Of a stretch of 64,000 bases of DNA, positions 19,018-29,687 are shown in pieces. The notes under the pieces are model-generated. The model saw nothing but the letters and a program-made list of their open reading frames with translations, did not search any database and had not been told where the DNA came from. The DNA is from Bacteroidota bacterium (GTDB lineage Bacteria; Bacteroidota; Bacteroidia; CAILMK01). Within the stretch, counting starts at the first letter, position 1, and every line of letters starts with the position of its first letter. Where the stretch lies: the NCBI GenBank assembly GCA_013288555.1, contig JABDBQ010000006.1:20628-84627 (forward strand), in the 5' to 3' direction. The position numbers were made by a program, and so were the translations under genes.

Positions 19018-19091
19018 CTTCCCGGGTGGGAATCGAACCCACAACCACCCCTTTATGAGAGAGGCGTTCTATCCGATTGAACTACCAGGAT
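19018..19091 (-). tRNA. tRNA-Met (anticodon CAT; could also be Ile2/lysidine)
   Basis: Hand-folded cloverleaf. D arm GTTC/GAAC, anticodon arm CCTCT-CTCATAA-AGGGG, T arm GTGGG-TTCGATT-CCCAC. The acceptor stem has an A1:A72 mismatch and no CCA is encoded. Confidence 0.6.
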
Positions 19092-19099
19092 TTCTTAAA

Positions 19100-19384
19100 T
19101 TACTTATTATCTACTTCTTCATAATCAATATCTGTTGTGTCTTCAGGGTTAGTTTCATGTTCTTGTGCGCCAATAGGATTAACAATCTTTAATGCTTCAT
19201 TTATACCATTATTCAATCCTTCCAAACCCATGGATATAACCTTGTTATCTATTGCTTTTTGCCAAGCAGTTTCCGATCCGCCCATTGCAATTGCATTTAA
19301 CGTTATTTCTTTTAGGATTCCCTTCTTATACGGATCGTCATTATTTTTTAATGTTTCAAGCCACTCTTTTGATTCTGCTCTCAT
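19100..19384 (-). CDS. Small acidic protein homologous to the DnaK C-terminal lid and tail
   Basis: Its last 22 aa, 'QEHETNPEDTTDIDYEEVDNK', compare with the DnaK end '[20 protein letters not shown]'. An AWQ-A motif is shared upstream. Confidence 0.5.
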   Translation of the reverse strand: MRAESKEWLETLKNNDDPYKKGILKEITLNAIAMGGSETAWQKAIDNKVISMGLEGLNNGINEALKIVNPIGAQEHETNPEDTTDIDYEEVDNK

Positions 19385-19676
19385 ATTTTTATTTTTTTGA
19401 TTAACTCATGTAAAGTATCATCCATCCATTTTTAAAAGGCAGCCTAAAATTTCTTCTAAGCTGCCTTTGTCATTTATAATCAATCCGTGGAGTGGGAGGG
19501 TAGTTAGGTGCTTTATCCACCGAATCCCCTCCCGAATAAGTCGGGACAGGCTCCCCTTTTTAAAGGGGGAATCCCTTCTATCAAGTTCGTGCGTCAGCCA
19601 CCTTCTCTTTTGGAGAGGGCCGGGGTGAGGCTATTCGTGCGTCAGCCACTAACTCCTAACTCCTGATTCCTGACGC

Positions 19677-21593
19677 CTATTTACCCACTTCTTCGTACTC
19701 AACATCCGTAGCACCTTCGGTGCCGGTGTCGTGGCCTTGTGGATTGCCTTGGGCATTTCCGTCAGCGGCGCCATCCGCTCCTCCTGCCGGATTCTGTGCG
19801 GCATACATCTCACCACTCGCTGCCTGCCATGCGGCATTCAGGTCTGTGGTGGCTGCTTCTATCGCTGTCAGATCAGCTGCCTTGTGTGCCTCTTTCAGGC
19901 GGGCCAGGGCGCTCTCAATCGCTGCTTTTTTATCTTCAGGGATCTTATCACCATATTCGGTCATTTGCTTTTCTGTAGAGAAGATCAGCTGGTCGGCATG
20001 ATTGATCTTTTCAATGGTTTCCTTTGCCTTTTTGTCGGCATCGGCATTTACTTCGGCATCGCGGCGCATCTTTTCTATTTCTTCCTGGCTCAGTCCGCTG
20101 CTGGCTTCTATACGTATCTTTTGTTCCTTGCCTGTGGCTTTGTCTTTGGCGCCCACATTCAGGATACCATTGGCATCAATGTCAAAGGTTACTTCCACTT
20201 GCGGTACACCTCTTGGGGCCGGTGGTATGCCGTCCAGTACAAAGCGTCCAATGGTCTTGTTGTCTTTCGCCATACTGCGCTCGCCCTGCAAAACATGTAT
20301 CTCCACAGAAGGCTGGTTGTCAGCCGCGGTAGAAAAGGTTTCGCTCTTCTTGGTTGGTATGGTTGTGTTGCTGGTAATAAGCACCGTGCTCACACCGCCA
20401 AAGGTTTCAATACCTAATGACAGCGGCGTTACATCCAAAAGAAGAACGTCTTTTACTTCACCGGTCAGTACACCTCCCTGGATGGCAGCGCCAATGGCAA
20501 CTACTTCATCAGGGTTCACACCTTTATGTGGCTCTTTGCCAAAAAAATCTTTTACTTTTTCCTGTACTTTAGGGATACGGGTAGAACCTCCAACCAGAAT
20601 AACTTCATCAATATCAGCTATCGTATATCCTGCATCTTTCAGGGCCTGTTTGCAAGGCTCCATGCTGCGTTGTACCAGGCTGTCGGTCAACTGCTCAAAT
20701 TTGGCCCGGGTTATTTTCTTTACAAGGTGTCTCGGGATATTGTCTACTGCCATAATATAAGGCAGGTTTATTTCTGTTTCCATCGAGCTTGAAAGTTCGA
20801 TCTTGGCTTTTTCAGCAGCTTCTTTCAGTCGTTGCAAAGCCATAGGGTCTTTGCGCAGGTCTACGTTTTCTTCTTTCTTAAATTCTTCAGCCAGCCAGTC
20901 AATCACCATCTGGTCGAAATCATCACCACCCAGGTGGGTATCGCCATTGGTAGATTTCACTTCAAATACACCATCACCCAGGTCGAGGATCGAAATATCG
21001 AATGTTCCGCCACCAAGGTCATATACGGCTATCTTTTGTTCTTTGCCTTTTTTGTCAAGTCCATAAGCCAAAGCAGCTGCCGTAGGCTCATTGATGATCC
21101 GTTTTACTTTAAGGCCTGCAATTTCACCGGCTTCTTTGGTTGCCTGGCGTTGTGCGTCGTTAAAATAAGCCGGAACCGTAATAACAGCTTCGGTAGGTTC
21201 GGTACCCAGGTAATCCTTAGCGGTTTGTTTCATCTTTTGCAGAATCATCGCTGAGAGTTCCTGAGGTGTGTATACTTTGTCGCGTATTTTTACACGAGCG
21301 GTATCATTAGCGCCGCGTACCACATCATAAGAAACGAATCTTTTTTCCGCATCCACTTCGTCGAACTTACGTCCCATGAAGCGTTTGATGGATGCAATGG
21401 TGTTTTGCGGGTTGATTACCGCTTGCCTTTTGGCAGGGTCGCCCACTTTTATTTCACCATTTTCGAGAAATGCGATAACGGAAGGCGTTGTACGTTTTCC
21501 TTCGCTGTTAGCGATCACCACAGGCTGGTTGCCTTCCATCACTGCAACACAGGAGTTGGTGGTTCCTAGGTCTATTCCAATAATTTTTGCCAT
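19677..21593 (-). CDS. dnaK: Molecular chaperone DnaK (Hsp70)
   Basis: Full-length match to Hsp70 signatures: [29 protein letters not shown] and an EEV-type tail. Confidence 0.98.
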   Translation of the reverse strand: MAKIIGIDLGTTNSCVAVMEGNQPVVIANSEGKRTTPSVIAFLENGEIKVGDPAKRQAVINPQNTIASIKRFMGRKFDEVDAEKRFVSYDVVRGANDTARVKIRDKVYTPQELSAMILQKMKQTAKDYLGTEPTEAVITVPAYFNDAQRQATKEAGEIAGLKVKRIINEPTAAALAYGLDKKGKEQKIAVYDLGGGTFDISILDLGDGVFEVKSTNGDTHLGGDDFDQMVIDWLAEEFKKEENVDLRKDPMALQRLKEAAEKAKIELSSSMETEINLPYIMAVDNIPRHLVKKITRAKFEQLTDSLVQRSMEPCKQALKDAGYTIADIDEVILVGGSTRIPKVQEKVKDFFGKEPHKGVNPDEVVAIGAAIQGGVLTGEVKDVLLLDVTPLSLGIETFGGVSTVLITSNTTIPTKKSETFSTAADNQPSVEIHVLQGERSMAKDNKTIGRFVLDGIPPAPRGVPQVEVTFDIDANGILNVGAKDKATGKEQKIRIEASSGLSQEEIEKMRRDAEVNADADKKAKETIEKINHADQLIFSTEKQMTEYGDKIPEDKKAAIESALARLKEAHKAADLTAIEAATTDLNAAWQAASGEMYAAQNPAGGADGAADGNAQGNPQGHDTGTEGATDVEYEEVGK

Positions 21594-21930
21594 AATATCT
21601 TTATCCTTTTAGTGTTTGATTTAGCCTCATCCTTTGTCCTTCTCCCAAAAGAGAAGGATGGCGGAATCTTCTTTTTGTTTTTTGTTTGCAGAGGGATTAA
21701 CAATGAAAATGCCAAAATGGATTTTCTGCCAAAATGGGAGGGAGGCAGGTTTATTATGCCACTAAGACGCAAAGACGCTAAGTTATTATTTAGGGCAAGC
21801 TTGATAGCTAATAAGTCGCAAAGGCACTAAGTTTTTTATTGTGACCAGTTTATTATGTCACTAAGACACAAAGACGCTAAGTTTTTCTTTGCGACTTTGT
21901 GACTTCGTGGCAAGTCTGCCAAAAAGACAG

Positions 21931-22959
21931 TTACGGCACGAAATTGAGGCCCTGGGTATAGGTTGATGTATTCAGTTCAGAATAGGATGCACCTGTGAGT
22001 GGTGCTTTGACATGTGTGATGAGACGCGATGAAAAGATGCCTACGCCATTGCTGATGTTGGTATAGGTAGGTTGTTTTTGTACAACTCCTTGTGATGGGG
22101 TATTTACCTGTATATAATTTGCGAAATCAGTCGCGGCGCCGGTTATTACAAAATCGAGGCTGTCCATTTTACGGTATATGGTAGGATCTACTTTAAGGCT
22201 TCCACCTACAAAGGCGTAAAAATCATTATTTCTAAAATCCTGCACGATCGCTGAGGCTCCTGCCACCGGGTAAGCTGATAATATATTGTAAACCAGGGTA
22301 TCAATCTTAGAGAGGCTAGAATCTTTCTTATGATATTCCTTCACATAGATGTAGATATTTACATCATAAGTTGTTGCATTGTTGCCCACCCCGAAGCTTA
22401 CAGAGTACAGGCCGGTAAGGTTGGAAACACTTACCTGCGAACCTTTATAGGGACGGGAAGGAATGATATCATTTACAACAACCGTACTTGCCTGTGACAG
22501 CACTTTGGTTTTTGTGTCTAATATAGAAAGCTGGTAATTGCCGGAAGGATTTAATACAAAACCGGCAGGCGTTCCATAGAGATACTGACCGGGAGATGCA
22601 AAATATCCTGCATTTTTCTGGGTATTGTAAAATTTATGCAAAACGGTTTGGGTCTGGGTATTTACATCGGTAAGGGTTACATAGAGGCTGTCGGATTGGT
22701 AAAGGCTATCCATTTGTTTGGCGGCCTGGCTGGCACTTACGCCATTGCCATTCTGAAATACTTTCCCTATTTTTATAACCTGCTGGTTGTCATGTAGCTC
22801 AAGCAGTCCGTAAACGGCGTTTTCTTCTTTATAAGGCGCATTCACCTGGAAATCTGTAGAGCAGGAAACCAGGAAAGCAACGGAAACAACAAAAAATGCG
22901 AAAACAAATCGATTGCTTTCAATTGTTTTTCTGTAAAATTTGCGACGAAATATTTGCAT
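21931..22959 (-). CDS. Hypothetical lipoprotein (possibly DUF4249-like)
   Basis: Signal peptide plus 'LVSCSTD' lipobox. The pattern 'AVYGLL...QVIKIG' and 'GNYQLSI' is reminiscent of DUF4249, but this is uncertain. Confidence 0.45.
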   Translation of the reverse strand: MQIFRRKFYRKTIESNRFVFAFFVVSVAFLVSCSTDFQVNAPYKEENAVYGLLELHDNQQVIKIGKVFQNGNGVSASQAAKQMDSLYQSDSLYVTLTDVNTQTQTVLHKFYNTQKNAGYFASPGQYLYGTPAGFVLNPSGNYQLSILDTKTKVLSQASTVVVNDIIPSRPYKGSQVSVSNLTGLYSVSFGVGNNATTYDVNIYIYVKEYHKKDSSLSKIDTLVYNILSAYPVAGASAIVQDFRNNDFYAFVGGSLKVDPTIYRKMDSLDFVITGAATDFANYIQVNTPSQGVVQKQPTYTNISNGVGIFSSRLITHVKAPLTGASYSELNTSTYTQGLNFVP

Positions 22960-23150
22960 GTATTGTTTCAGTTATAACTAAGCTAAAGGCAATGAATAAA
23001 ACCATGGTGTACTGCTATGCTCCCGACCTTAGGGTTTCAAATTTAAGTGCAAGCTTTGATACTTCTGTCATGAGGCATGGAAGTTTTTTCACGATCCATC
23101 GGCTGAAACAATAGAGAAATAGATATTAAGACATTATAAAAGAATATATT

Positions 23151-23960
23151 ATGGAAAAAGCCTATCGTAAAATAACCACCCGAGTCCTTCAGGAAATGAA
23201 GGAGAAGGGAGAAAAGATTGCCATGCTTACTGCCTATGATTTCACCCTGGGCAAGATCATTGACGGAGCAGGGATCGATGTGATACTTGTAGGCGATTCC
23301 GCTTCCAATGTGATGGCCGGCCACGAAACCACCCTGCCCATTACCCTCGACCAGATGATATACCATGCCTCTTCTGTGATCAGGGGCGTTGAGCATGCGC
23401 TTGTGATTGTAGATCTGCCTTTCGGGTCGTACCAGGGTAACTCTAAAGTAGCTTTAGAATCCACCATCCGTATTATGAAAGAATCGGGCGCACATGGGGT
23501 AAAACTGGAAGGCGGTGCGGAGATCACCAAATCCATAGAACGCATTATATCAGCCGGTGTACCGGTCATGGGTCACCTGGGCTTGACACCACAGTCGATT
23601 TATAAATTCGGGACTTATAATGTTCGTGCCAAGGAAGAAGCTGAAGCCGACAAGCTTTGCGAGGATGCTTTGTTGCTTCAGGAGTTGGGTTGCTTCGCCC
23701 TTGTTCTTGAAAAGATACCGGCACAACTTGCTGAGAAAGTGACGGCCTCCCTGAGCATACCCACTATCGGTATCGGTGCCGGTCCAAAGGTTGACGGGCA
23801 GGTACTGGTGCTGCATGATATGCTGGGATTAAATAATGAATTTCATCCCCGGTTTTTGCGTCGTTATGCAAGCCTTTTTGATACCATTACGGATTCTGTA
23901 AAGAACTATATTACGGATATCAAAAGCCTCGATTTCCCGAACGAGAAAGAACAGTATTGA
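23151..23960 (+). CDS. panB: 3-methyl-2-oxobutanoate hydroxymethyltransferase
   Basis: 'MLTAYDF', '[28 protein letters not shown]', 'DLPFGSYQ' and 'VKLEGG'. Confidence 0.95.
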   Translation: MEKAYRKITTRVLQEMKEKGEKIAMLTAYDFTLGKIIDGAGIDVILVGDSASNVMAGHETTLPITLDQMIYHASSVIRGVEHALVIVDLPFGSYQGNSKVALESTIRIMKESGAHGVKLEGGAEITKSIERIISAGVPVMGHLGLTPQSIYKFGTYNVRAKEEAEADKLCEDALLLQELGCFALVLEKIPAQLAEKVTASLSIPTIGIGAGPKVDGQVLVLHDMLGLNNEFHPRFLRRYASLFDTITDSVKNYITDIKSLDFPNEKEQY

Positions 23961-24385
23961 CAAGAAAAGGCGTCAGGCGTAAGGGATAAGGTGTAAGTAA
24001 AAACAAATACGGTTAGGTATCCCCATCCGAATGTAGTACGCACAGGAATGATCAATAGATTGTGAATAAACCTTTTGAAGATTGTCAAATCTCTCAAAAT
24101 CAACCTCCCAAAATTCCAAAAATCAAGTGATTTCAACTTTTGATGGCCAAAAACGAAGGTTTGTCAAAAACTGAAAAGTTAAGGTTTATGACTGTGATTA
24201 TGCCCGGAATCTATTAAAAATGCGTATTTTATGAAAAGGGCAATTATCTGCTTTAAGGTTGGTCATTGAATAAGTGATGTTGGTCATTTTTCTTGGAGGG
24301 TTGGTCATAATAAAAATTCTACTCACTCATTGCACTTTAGTTTTGTATTGAATTTATAACATTAAGTTTTGAATTCAGAGATACA

Positions 24386-24805
24386 TTGAAAGGCTTTACC
24401 AGACGGTTTACGATTCTTTTATTTGTTTCAGCATTGACTGTCAGTTCTGTCGTATTTCAATCCTGTTCTCCAAATAATGATGTGGCTCCTGTAATGGTAC
24501 AAAATAATGTCATTACCGTTAAGGTGAAAGATTTAAGTGATGGATCGATAACCCGGCATCTTCATATAACCACTTCTAATGACACAAATGTCGTTCAAAA
24601 AGCCATATTGGATACCAATATCACTGGCAGTTTCAATTATAGTTTTAACTGCAGCAAGCCACAACTCAACATCACTGCTACCGTAACTGCTACCGCCCCG
24701 TTTAATAACGATCTCGAAATAGATGTTAATGGTCAGTTGAATGCCTATCATGGTGGTAGTTGCCCCGGAACATCTTATAGTATAACCGATTATATCGGTT
24801 TTTAG
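24386..24805 (+). CDS. Hypothetical lipoprotein
   Basis: Signal peptide with 'FQSCS' lipobox. Non-ATG start in the track. Confidence 0.4.
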   Translation: MKGFTRRFTILLFVSALTVSSVVFQSCSPNNDVAPVMVQNNVITVKVKDLSDGSITRHLHITTSNDTNVVQKAILDTNITGSFNYSFNCSKPQLNITATVTATAPFNNDLEIDVNGQLNAYHGGSCPGTSYSITDYIGF

Positions 24806-24942
24806 ACCTCAGATCTCATTGAGGAGAAACAATACCTATTTACAAGCAGATCAGTCAAAAAATACAGAAAGGATATTTCTTCTTTTTAGAGGTTTTATCA
24901 TTTGCTGAGATTTTTATTTAAGGTCAGGAGTTAGCTACGACC

Positions 24943-25056
24943 ATGAAAAAGTGTGGAGAATGTAAACAAAAGTCAAAGATCAATGGTTGTTTAGCGGACA
25001 TCGTGAAAGCCACCATTGAAAGCATTAATCAACCATGCGTAATAAAAAAGCCATAA
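24943..25056 (+). CDS. Possible 37-aa Cys-rich micro-ORF
   Basis: MKKCGECKQKSKINGCLADIVKATIESINQPCVIKKP (CxxC...C...C). It ends 1 nt before the ATG of ORF 25058..25258. Confidence 0.2.
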   Translation: MKKCGECKQKSKINGCLADIVKATIESINQPCVIKKP

Positions 25057-25445
25057 AATGTTAACAGAGGAACATTTAGGAAATCTCCAGGCAGGAGACA
25101 CATTAAACAGCCCGGAGGGCTTTTCTTATGAGATAGTTCAGGTATTACATGAGGCTTTTCAGGTAAAATTTATTAATCCAATTCAACCCCAGCAAAACAA
25201 TATGCAATTATTGAGTTGGGCAACAATTAAACAGGCTGAATGGTCTATTTCTCAATAGGATTATGTTATGTGTAAATGGGTATAATTGCCCTTCAGGGAG
25301 ACTTATTAATTGAGTGATTTTAATCTTTTGAACAAGTAACTCGGAATAACAATAACCTGATAGTTTCCTTTGCTCATCCGCTAAAGCTTTGGCGGCACGC
25401 GGAAGGGTCAGGTCAAATGCCTAACTTTGCACCAAATTACCTCCC

Positions 25446-26135
25446 ATGCTTACTTCTGCTGATATCATATTTGAAGACAACCACATCATTATTGTGCAGA
25501 AACCTGCGGGCATGCCAACCCAGGGCGATGAAAGCGGCGATACATCCTTGTTTGAACTGGTGCAGCAATACATCAAAAAAAAATACAACAAACCGGGCGA
25601 TGTGTACCTGGGGCTCGTTCATAGGGTTGACCGGCCTGTAAGCGGACTGGTAATGTTTGCGCGTACAAGCAAAGCGGCATCAAGGCTCAGTGAGATGTTC
25701 AGGGAACGAACCATTGAAAAGACCTATCTCGCCATTGTTGACACACAGCCATTAATACTGGAAGATACCATCACCAACTATATCTGGAAAGACAAAGAGG
25801 CTAACAAAGCCTATTGTTATAACAAAGAAAAAAACGGCAGCAAAAAAGCAGTTCTTGACTACAAACAGGTTCAGGCTGTAGGCGGCAATTTTCTACTTGA
25901 AGTTAAACCACATACCGGCCGTTCGCATCAGATACGGGCACAACTGGCCAGCATCGGTTGCCCGATAGTAGGAGATAACAAATACGGATCATCCATAACG
26001 CTCGAAGATCGCTCTGTTAGTCTCCTTGCCAGACGACTGAAATTTATTCATCCTGTAAAAAAGACCCTATTAGAGGTGGTAAGCAAAACACCCACCGGCA
26101 GGTTCTGGCAGAAATTTACCTATCAGGGTTTTTAA
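25446..26135 (+). CDS. RluA-family RNA pseudouridine synthase
   Basis: 'LVHRVDRPVSGLVMFARTSKAASRL' contains the catalytic Asp motif. 'HQIRAQLASIGCPIVGDNKYG' is also present. Confidence 0.85.
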   Translation: MLTSADIIFEDNHIIIVQKPAGMPTQGDESGDTSLFELVQQYIKKKYNKPGDVYLGLVHRVDRPVSGLVMFARTSKAASRLSEMFRERTIEKTYLAIVDTQPLILEDTITNYIWKDKEANKAYCYNKEKNGSKKAVLDYKQVQAVGGNFLLEVKPHTGRSHQIRAQLASIGCPIVGDNKYGSSITLEDRSVSLLARRLKFIHPVKKTLLEVVSKTPTGRFWQKFTYQGF

Positions 26136-26178
26136 AATATTCCCGATTTTTTATATTTGTAACCTAAACCCCTCAAAT

Positions 26179-29022
26179 ATGAAAAAATTTCCCTTCTTTT
26201 TCATTTCCTTCCTATGCCTTTTTTTGTCCTTCAATAATAACCTGAAGGCACAGGTAAACCTAAACAAAGGACTCATGTTTTTTTGGCCATTCAATGGCAA
26301 TGCCAACGATGCCAGCGGCAATGGCTACAATGGATCAGTGAATAGCGGTAGCCTGACTACAGACCGCTTTGGCGTTCCAAATGCCGCGTATAGCTTTGAT
26401 GCTTCAGGTTCAGGCCAGGGGATTGGTATTTCATCCATCTCAAATAGTGGCTATAAAGGAGCTACCATATCTTTCTGGATGAAGACTTCTGCTACTGTCA
26501 ACGAAATTAAGTTATACGATGGACCTCCTGGTGTTGTTTATCTTAACATGTATTCCACGGGTCATGTTATCGGCTCTTTTGACGGCACAGGTAATGGTAA
26601 GTCGACTTCCGATGAGAACACGTCCCAGGTTAATAATAACAAGTGGAACAATATTACATGCAAGAGCGATGGAAGCACAACATATATCTACTTTAACGGT
26701 AAACTTGAAACATCATATTCGTCCACTCAAGGTAACTTTACCGGCGCAGTATGGGTGCCAAATTACAGTCCTCCCTATACTAATATATACGTAGGCCTTT
26801 TAGATGATGTAAGAGCCTATCATCGAACTCTTTCCGATTCTGAAGTGATGGCTATATATGAAATGCCTCATTCGGCATTCGTAACTAAAAATCATTGTTT
26901 TGGAGATTCCATACGTTTTACGGATTCGAGCATTACAACTTCAGGTTCAAGCTATTTGTGGAGATTCGGGGACAATTCCACTTCTTCAAAACAAAACCCG
27001 GGACATCTGTACGCAAAACCTGGCAATTATAATGTTACACTGGTAGTTACCAGCCCTTATAAATCTGTTGATTCAGTTACTAAATCTATTACTGTTAATC
27101 CTCTTCCTTCTGCACACTTTGCGGAAACAATTAATAATTATAAAAACCAGGTCAGTTTTACGCCTTATGATACTACTAATTCGTTGTATTCCTGGGATTT
27201 TGGCGACAGTAATTCGTCCAATCAAAAAAAACCGGTACACACATACAAATATTTCGGCATTCATACAATTACACTAAATGTTACAAATTCTAATGGGTGT
27301 GACTCTACTTATCATACTACGCTTGTGATTTATCAACCGCCTATAGCTGCGATGGGTATAAAAAACACCTGTGAATTTAGCAATACACAATTTACAGATT
27401 CCAGTTTTGAGCCTGACCCATCGACCTATTCATGGAATTTTGGAGACAATACGGGTTCCAGCCAGAAAAGCCCGGTTCATATATATTCTGATTCAGGGAC
27501 TTATAAGATAAATTTTAAAGTTACAACTTCTCATGGCCTTAGTGATTCTGTGTCAAAAACGATTACAATTCATGAACTGCCAAGGGCTTCTTATACCTAC
27601 AAAATATCAAAAAACACGGTAACTTTTTCTCCTGCAATTAATACCCTGACTTCTTATTCATGGGATTTTGGAGATTCCACCAAAAGCCAGGCGAAAGATC
27701 CGGAACATGCATACTTTAGTGCCGGGACATATACGGTTTCTCTCACCACTCAAAACACAAATGGTTGCGATTCAACTTTATATAAAACGGTAGTAATTGA
27801 ACAAAATCCGCAGGTGTCTTTCAAGGAATCAAATTTATGTTTTGGAGATACGATGCATTTTTTATTTACAGGAGCAGCTCCGGCAGGGTCAGTATATTCA
27901 TGGAATTTTGGTGACAGCGGTACCTCAGCTTTGCAAAACCCCGGTCATACATATAAAAACCCCGGAAGTTATGTTGTTAGTCTTATGGTTACGAATCAAC
28001 AGGGTAGTTCCAATACGGTGATTGCTTATGTAGATGTCCTGCCTCTTCCGGTATCTACTTTTACCTATAAGATAAATGCTACTACTTATACTTTCAACCC
28101 CACAGATAGTCTGGCCTCAACCTATAACTGGGATTTTGGAGACCAGAATAGCAGCAACGCTAAAATTCCGGTTCATACGTTTGCCGGGTCCGGGAATTTC
28201 CAGGTTAGCCTTATGGTGAGCCAGAATGGATGCAGTTCCACGACCAAAAAGTTAATTAATGTAAATGATGTACCTGTTGCTTCCTTTAAAGCGGCCAATT
28301 CCTGTGAAGGAGATACAGTTGTATTTTCAAATACAAGTACTGCACCACCATCTTCAGTCTATTTGTGGAATTTCGGAGACGGGTCAAATTCAGGGTTTAT
28401 AAATCCGACGCATATATTTTCGGGAACCGGCAAATTTAAAATCAGCCTTAAAGTGACTAATCCTGATGGCAAAAGTGACACGGTTTCTATGTTTATAACC
28501 ATCTACGTGACACCTTCGGCAAGATTCAGGGCACATATCAATAAATACAAGGTAAGTTTTATTGCATCTGATAGCACCCTTTCAGCCTATTCCTGGGGTT
28601 TTGGTGATTCCAGCTTTGGTTCTTCAAAAAAACCTGTGCATACTTATAACAACCCAGGAATGTACATCGTCACTTTAAAAACAAGCAATTCAAATGGATG
28701 TGATTCAACTTTTGTTTTGCCTATAACGATAGATGGAACTACAGGGATATCAGAAAATTCAGATGCTGAAAATTCAATTTTAACAATTTATCCTAACCCT
28801 GTCGAAAATGGAATCTTGCATATCAGGTATAATATTTCTGAATCTGACTGCCGGTTGCAGATTGTTGATGTAAATGGGAAGATTTTATTATCAGAACAAC
28901 TGAAGGACAATAATATTATATCAACAAAGGATATTGATGTCAGTACATATCCTCCGGGAATTTATTGCATCAGGCTATCAGGTCAAATGGCTGCAATAAC
29001 CAAAAAAATAGTTATCCGTTAG
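26179..29022 (+). CDS. Secreted LamG/ConA-like lectin + 8 PKD domains + T9SS C-terminal sorting domain protein
   Basis: Signal peptide and an N-terminal LamG-like region ('LDDVRAYHRTLS'). Eight repeats fit 'Y-W-FGD...S....P.H.Y...G'. The C-terminal 'LTIYPNPVENGILHIRY...GIYCIRL' is a T9SS CTD. Confidence 0.85.
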   Translation: MKKFPFFFISFLCLFLSFNNNLKAQVNLNKGLMFFWPFNGNANDASGNGYNGSVNSGSLTTDRFGVPNAAYSFDASGSGQGIGISSISNSGYKGATISFWMKTSATVNEIKLYDGPPGVVYLNMYSTGHVIGSFDGTGNGKSTSDENTSQVNNNKWNNITCKSDGSTTYIYFNGKLETSYSSTQGNFTGAVWVPNYSPPYTNIYVGLLDDVRAYHRTLSDSEVMAIYEMPHSAFVTKNHCFGDSIRFTDSSITTSGSSYLWRFGDNSTSSKQNPGHLYAKPGNYNVTLVVTSPYKSVDSVTKSITVNPLPSAHFAETINNYKNQVSFTPYDTTNSLYSWDFGDSNSSNQKKPVHTYKYFGIHTITLNVTNSNGCDSTYHTTLVIYQPPIAAMGIKNTCEFSNTQFTDSSFEPDPSTYSWNFGDNTGSSQKSPVHIYSDSGTYKINFKVTTSHGLSDSVSKTITIHELPRASYTYKISKNTVTFSPAINTLTSYSWDFGDSTKSQAKDPEHAYFSAGTYTVSLTTQNTNGCDSTLYKTVVIEQNPQVSFKESNLCFGDTMHFLFTGAAPAGSVYSWNFGDSGTSALQNPGHTYKNPGSYVVSLMVTNQQGSSNTVIAYVDVLPLPVSTFTYKINATTYTFNPTDSLASTYNWDFGDQNSSNAKIPVHTFAGSGNFQVSLMVSQNGCSSTTKKLINVNDVPVASFKAANSCEGDTVVFSNTSTAPPSSVYLWNFGDGSNSGFINPTHIFSGTGKFKISLKVTNPDGKSDTVSMFITIYVTPSARFRAHINKYKVSFIASDSTLSAYSWGFGDSSFGSSKKPVHTYNNPGMYIVTLKTSNSNGCDSTFVLPITIDGTTGISENSDAENSILTIYPNPVENGILHIRYNISESDCRLQIVDVNGKILLSEQLKDNNIISTKDIDVSTYPPGIYCIRLSGQMAAITKKIVIR

Positions 29023-29051
29023 ATTCTTTTTTTAGTATTTCAGAAGATTTT

Positions 29052-29360
29052 TTAGAACAAATCAAAACTGGAAGCCACCATGGTCATATGATCCGTTTTC
29101 GGAGGCATCTCAGGTCCGCTCGCTTTCAGTTCTTCCTGGAATTTTTTGAATACCGGAAGATTAATTAAAACCTGTTCAGCCTCGTCATTTTCAAACTGTG
29201 CAAAGTGCATGAATGTCTTTTCGTCCGGTGATAAGTACGTTCCGTATTTGATACCGGGGTTATTGATTTCCCTTAAGTTTTCCATTACCCTGGAAATATT
29301 TTCTTTGTTCTTTGCAACAAATTCTGGTTTAGCGGTGTATTGAACGCGTACGATTTTCAT
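29052..29360 (-). CDS. Small alpha+beta protein (ABM/dimeric ferredoxin-like?)
   Basis: 102 aa. The size and the pattern 'VRVQYTAKPEF...HFAQFENDEA' suggest an ABM-like fold. Weak call. Confidence 0.35.
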   Translation of the reverse strand: MKIVRVQYTAKPEFVAKNKENISRVMENLREINNPGIKYGTYLSPDEKTFMHFAQFENDEAEQVLINLPVFKKFQEELKASGPEMPPKTDHMTMVASSFDLF

Positions 29361-29565
29361 TTTTTTTAATTTAAGGCATTAACAAATAAGATAATAGCAG
29401 TTTTCTGTTACAAATATAACAAGATCACTTTCAAAATGCAAGTTTAAATCGTTTTTGTTTATGACAATGTTAAATTTTGGTATGATATTGATTGGATACG
29501 CAGGTTTTCATCCAAATAGTCCCGTACTTTTTTAAATTTCCTTATCTTTGCCCTCCAATTTACAT

Positions 29566-29640
29566 GGTGGATGTAGCTCAGTCGGTTAGAGCACTAGATT
29601 GTGGTTCTAGGGGTCGTGGGTTCGAACCCCATCTTCCACC
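29566..29640 (+). tRNA. tRNA-His (GTG) with genomically encoded G-1
   Basis: Fold: G-1, acceptor GTGGATG, D arm GCTC/GAGC, anticodon arm CTAGA-TTGTGGT-TCTAG, T arm GTGGG-TTCGAAC-CCCAT, discriminator C73. Confidence 0.9.
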
Positions 29641-29651
29641 CATCATTTTTT

Positions 29652-29687
29652 AAGGCCAATCCTGATTTCAGGATTGGCCTTTTTTTA
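29652..29687 (+). terminator. Rho-independent terminator after tRNA-His
   Basis: 14-bp stem aaggccaatcctga / tcaggattggcctt followed by a T7 run. Confidence 0.75.

Noticed and set aside
19720-21254. Multiple long plus-strand ORFs (93-252 aa) inside the dnaK region
   Set aside because: They lie antisense to an unmistakable full-length dnaK. Their products are low-complexity (Ser/Ala/Cys/Leu-rich) with no motifs, which is typical of shadow ORFs in a higher-GC gene.
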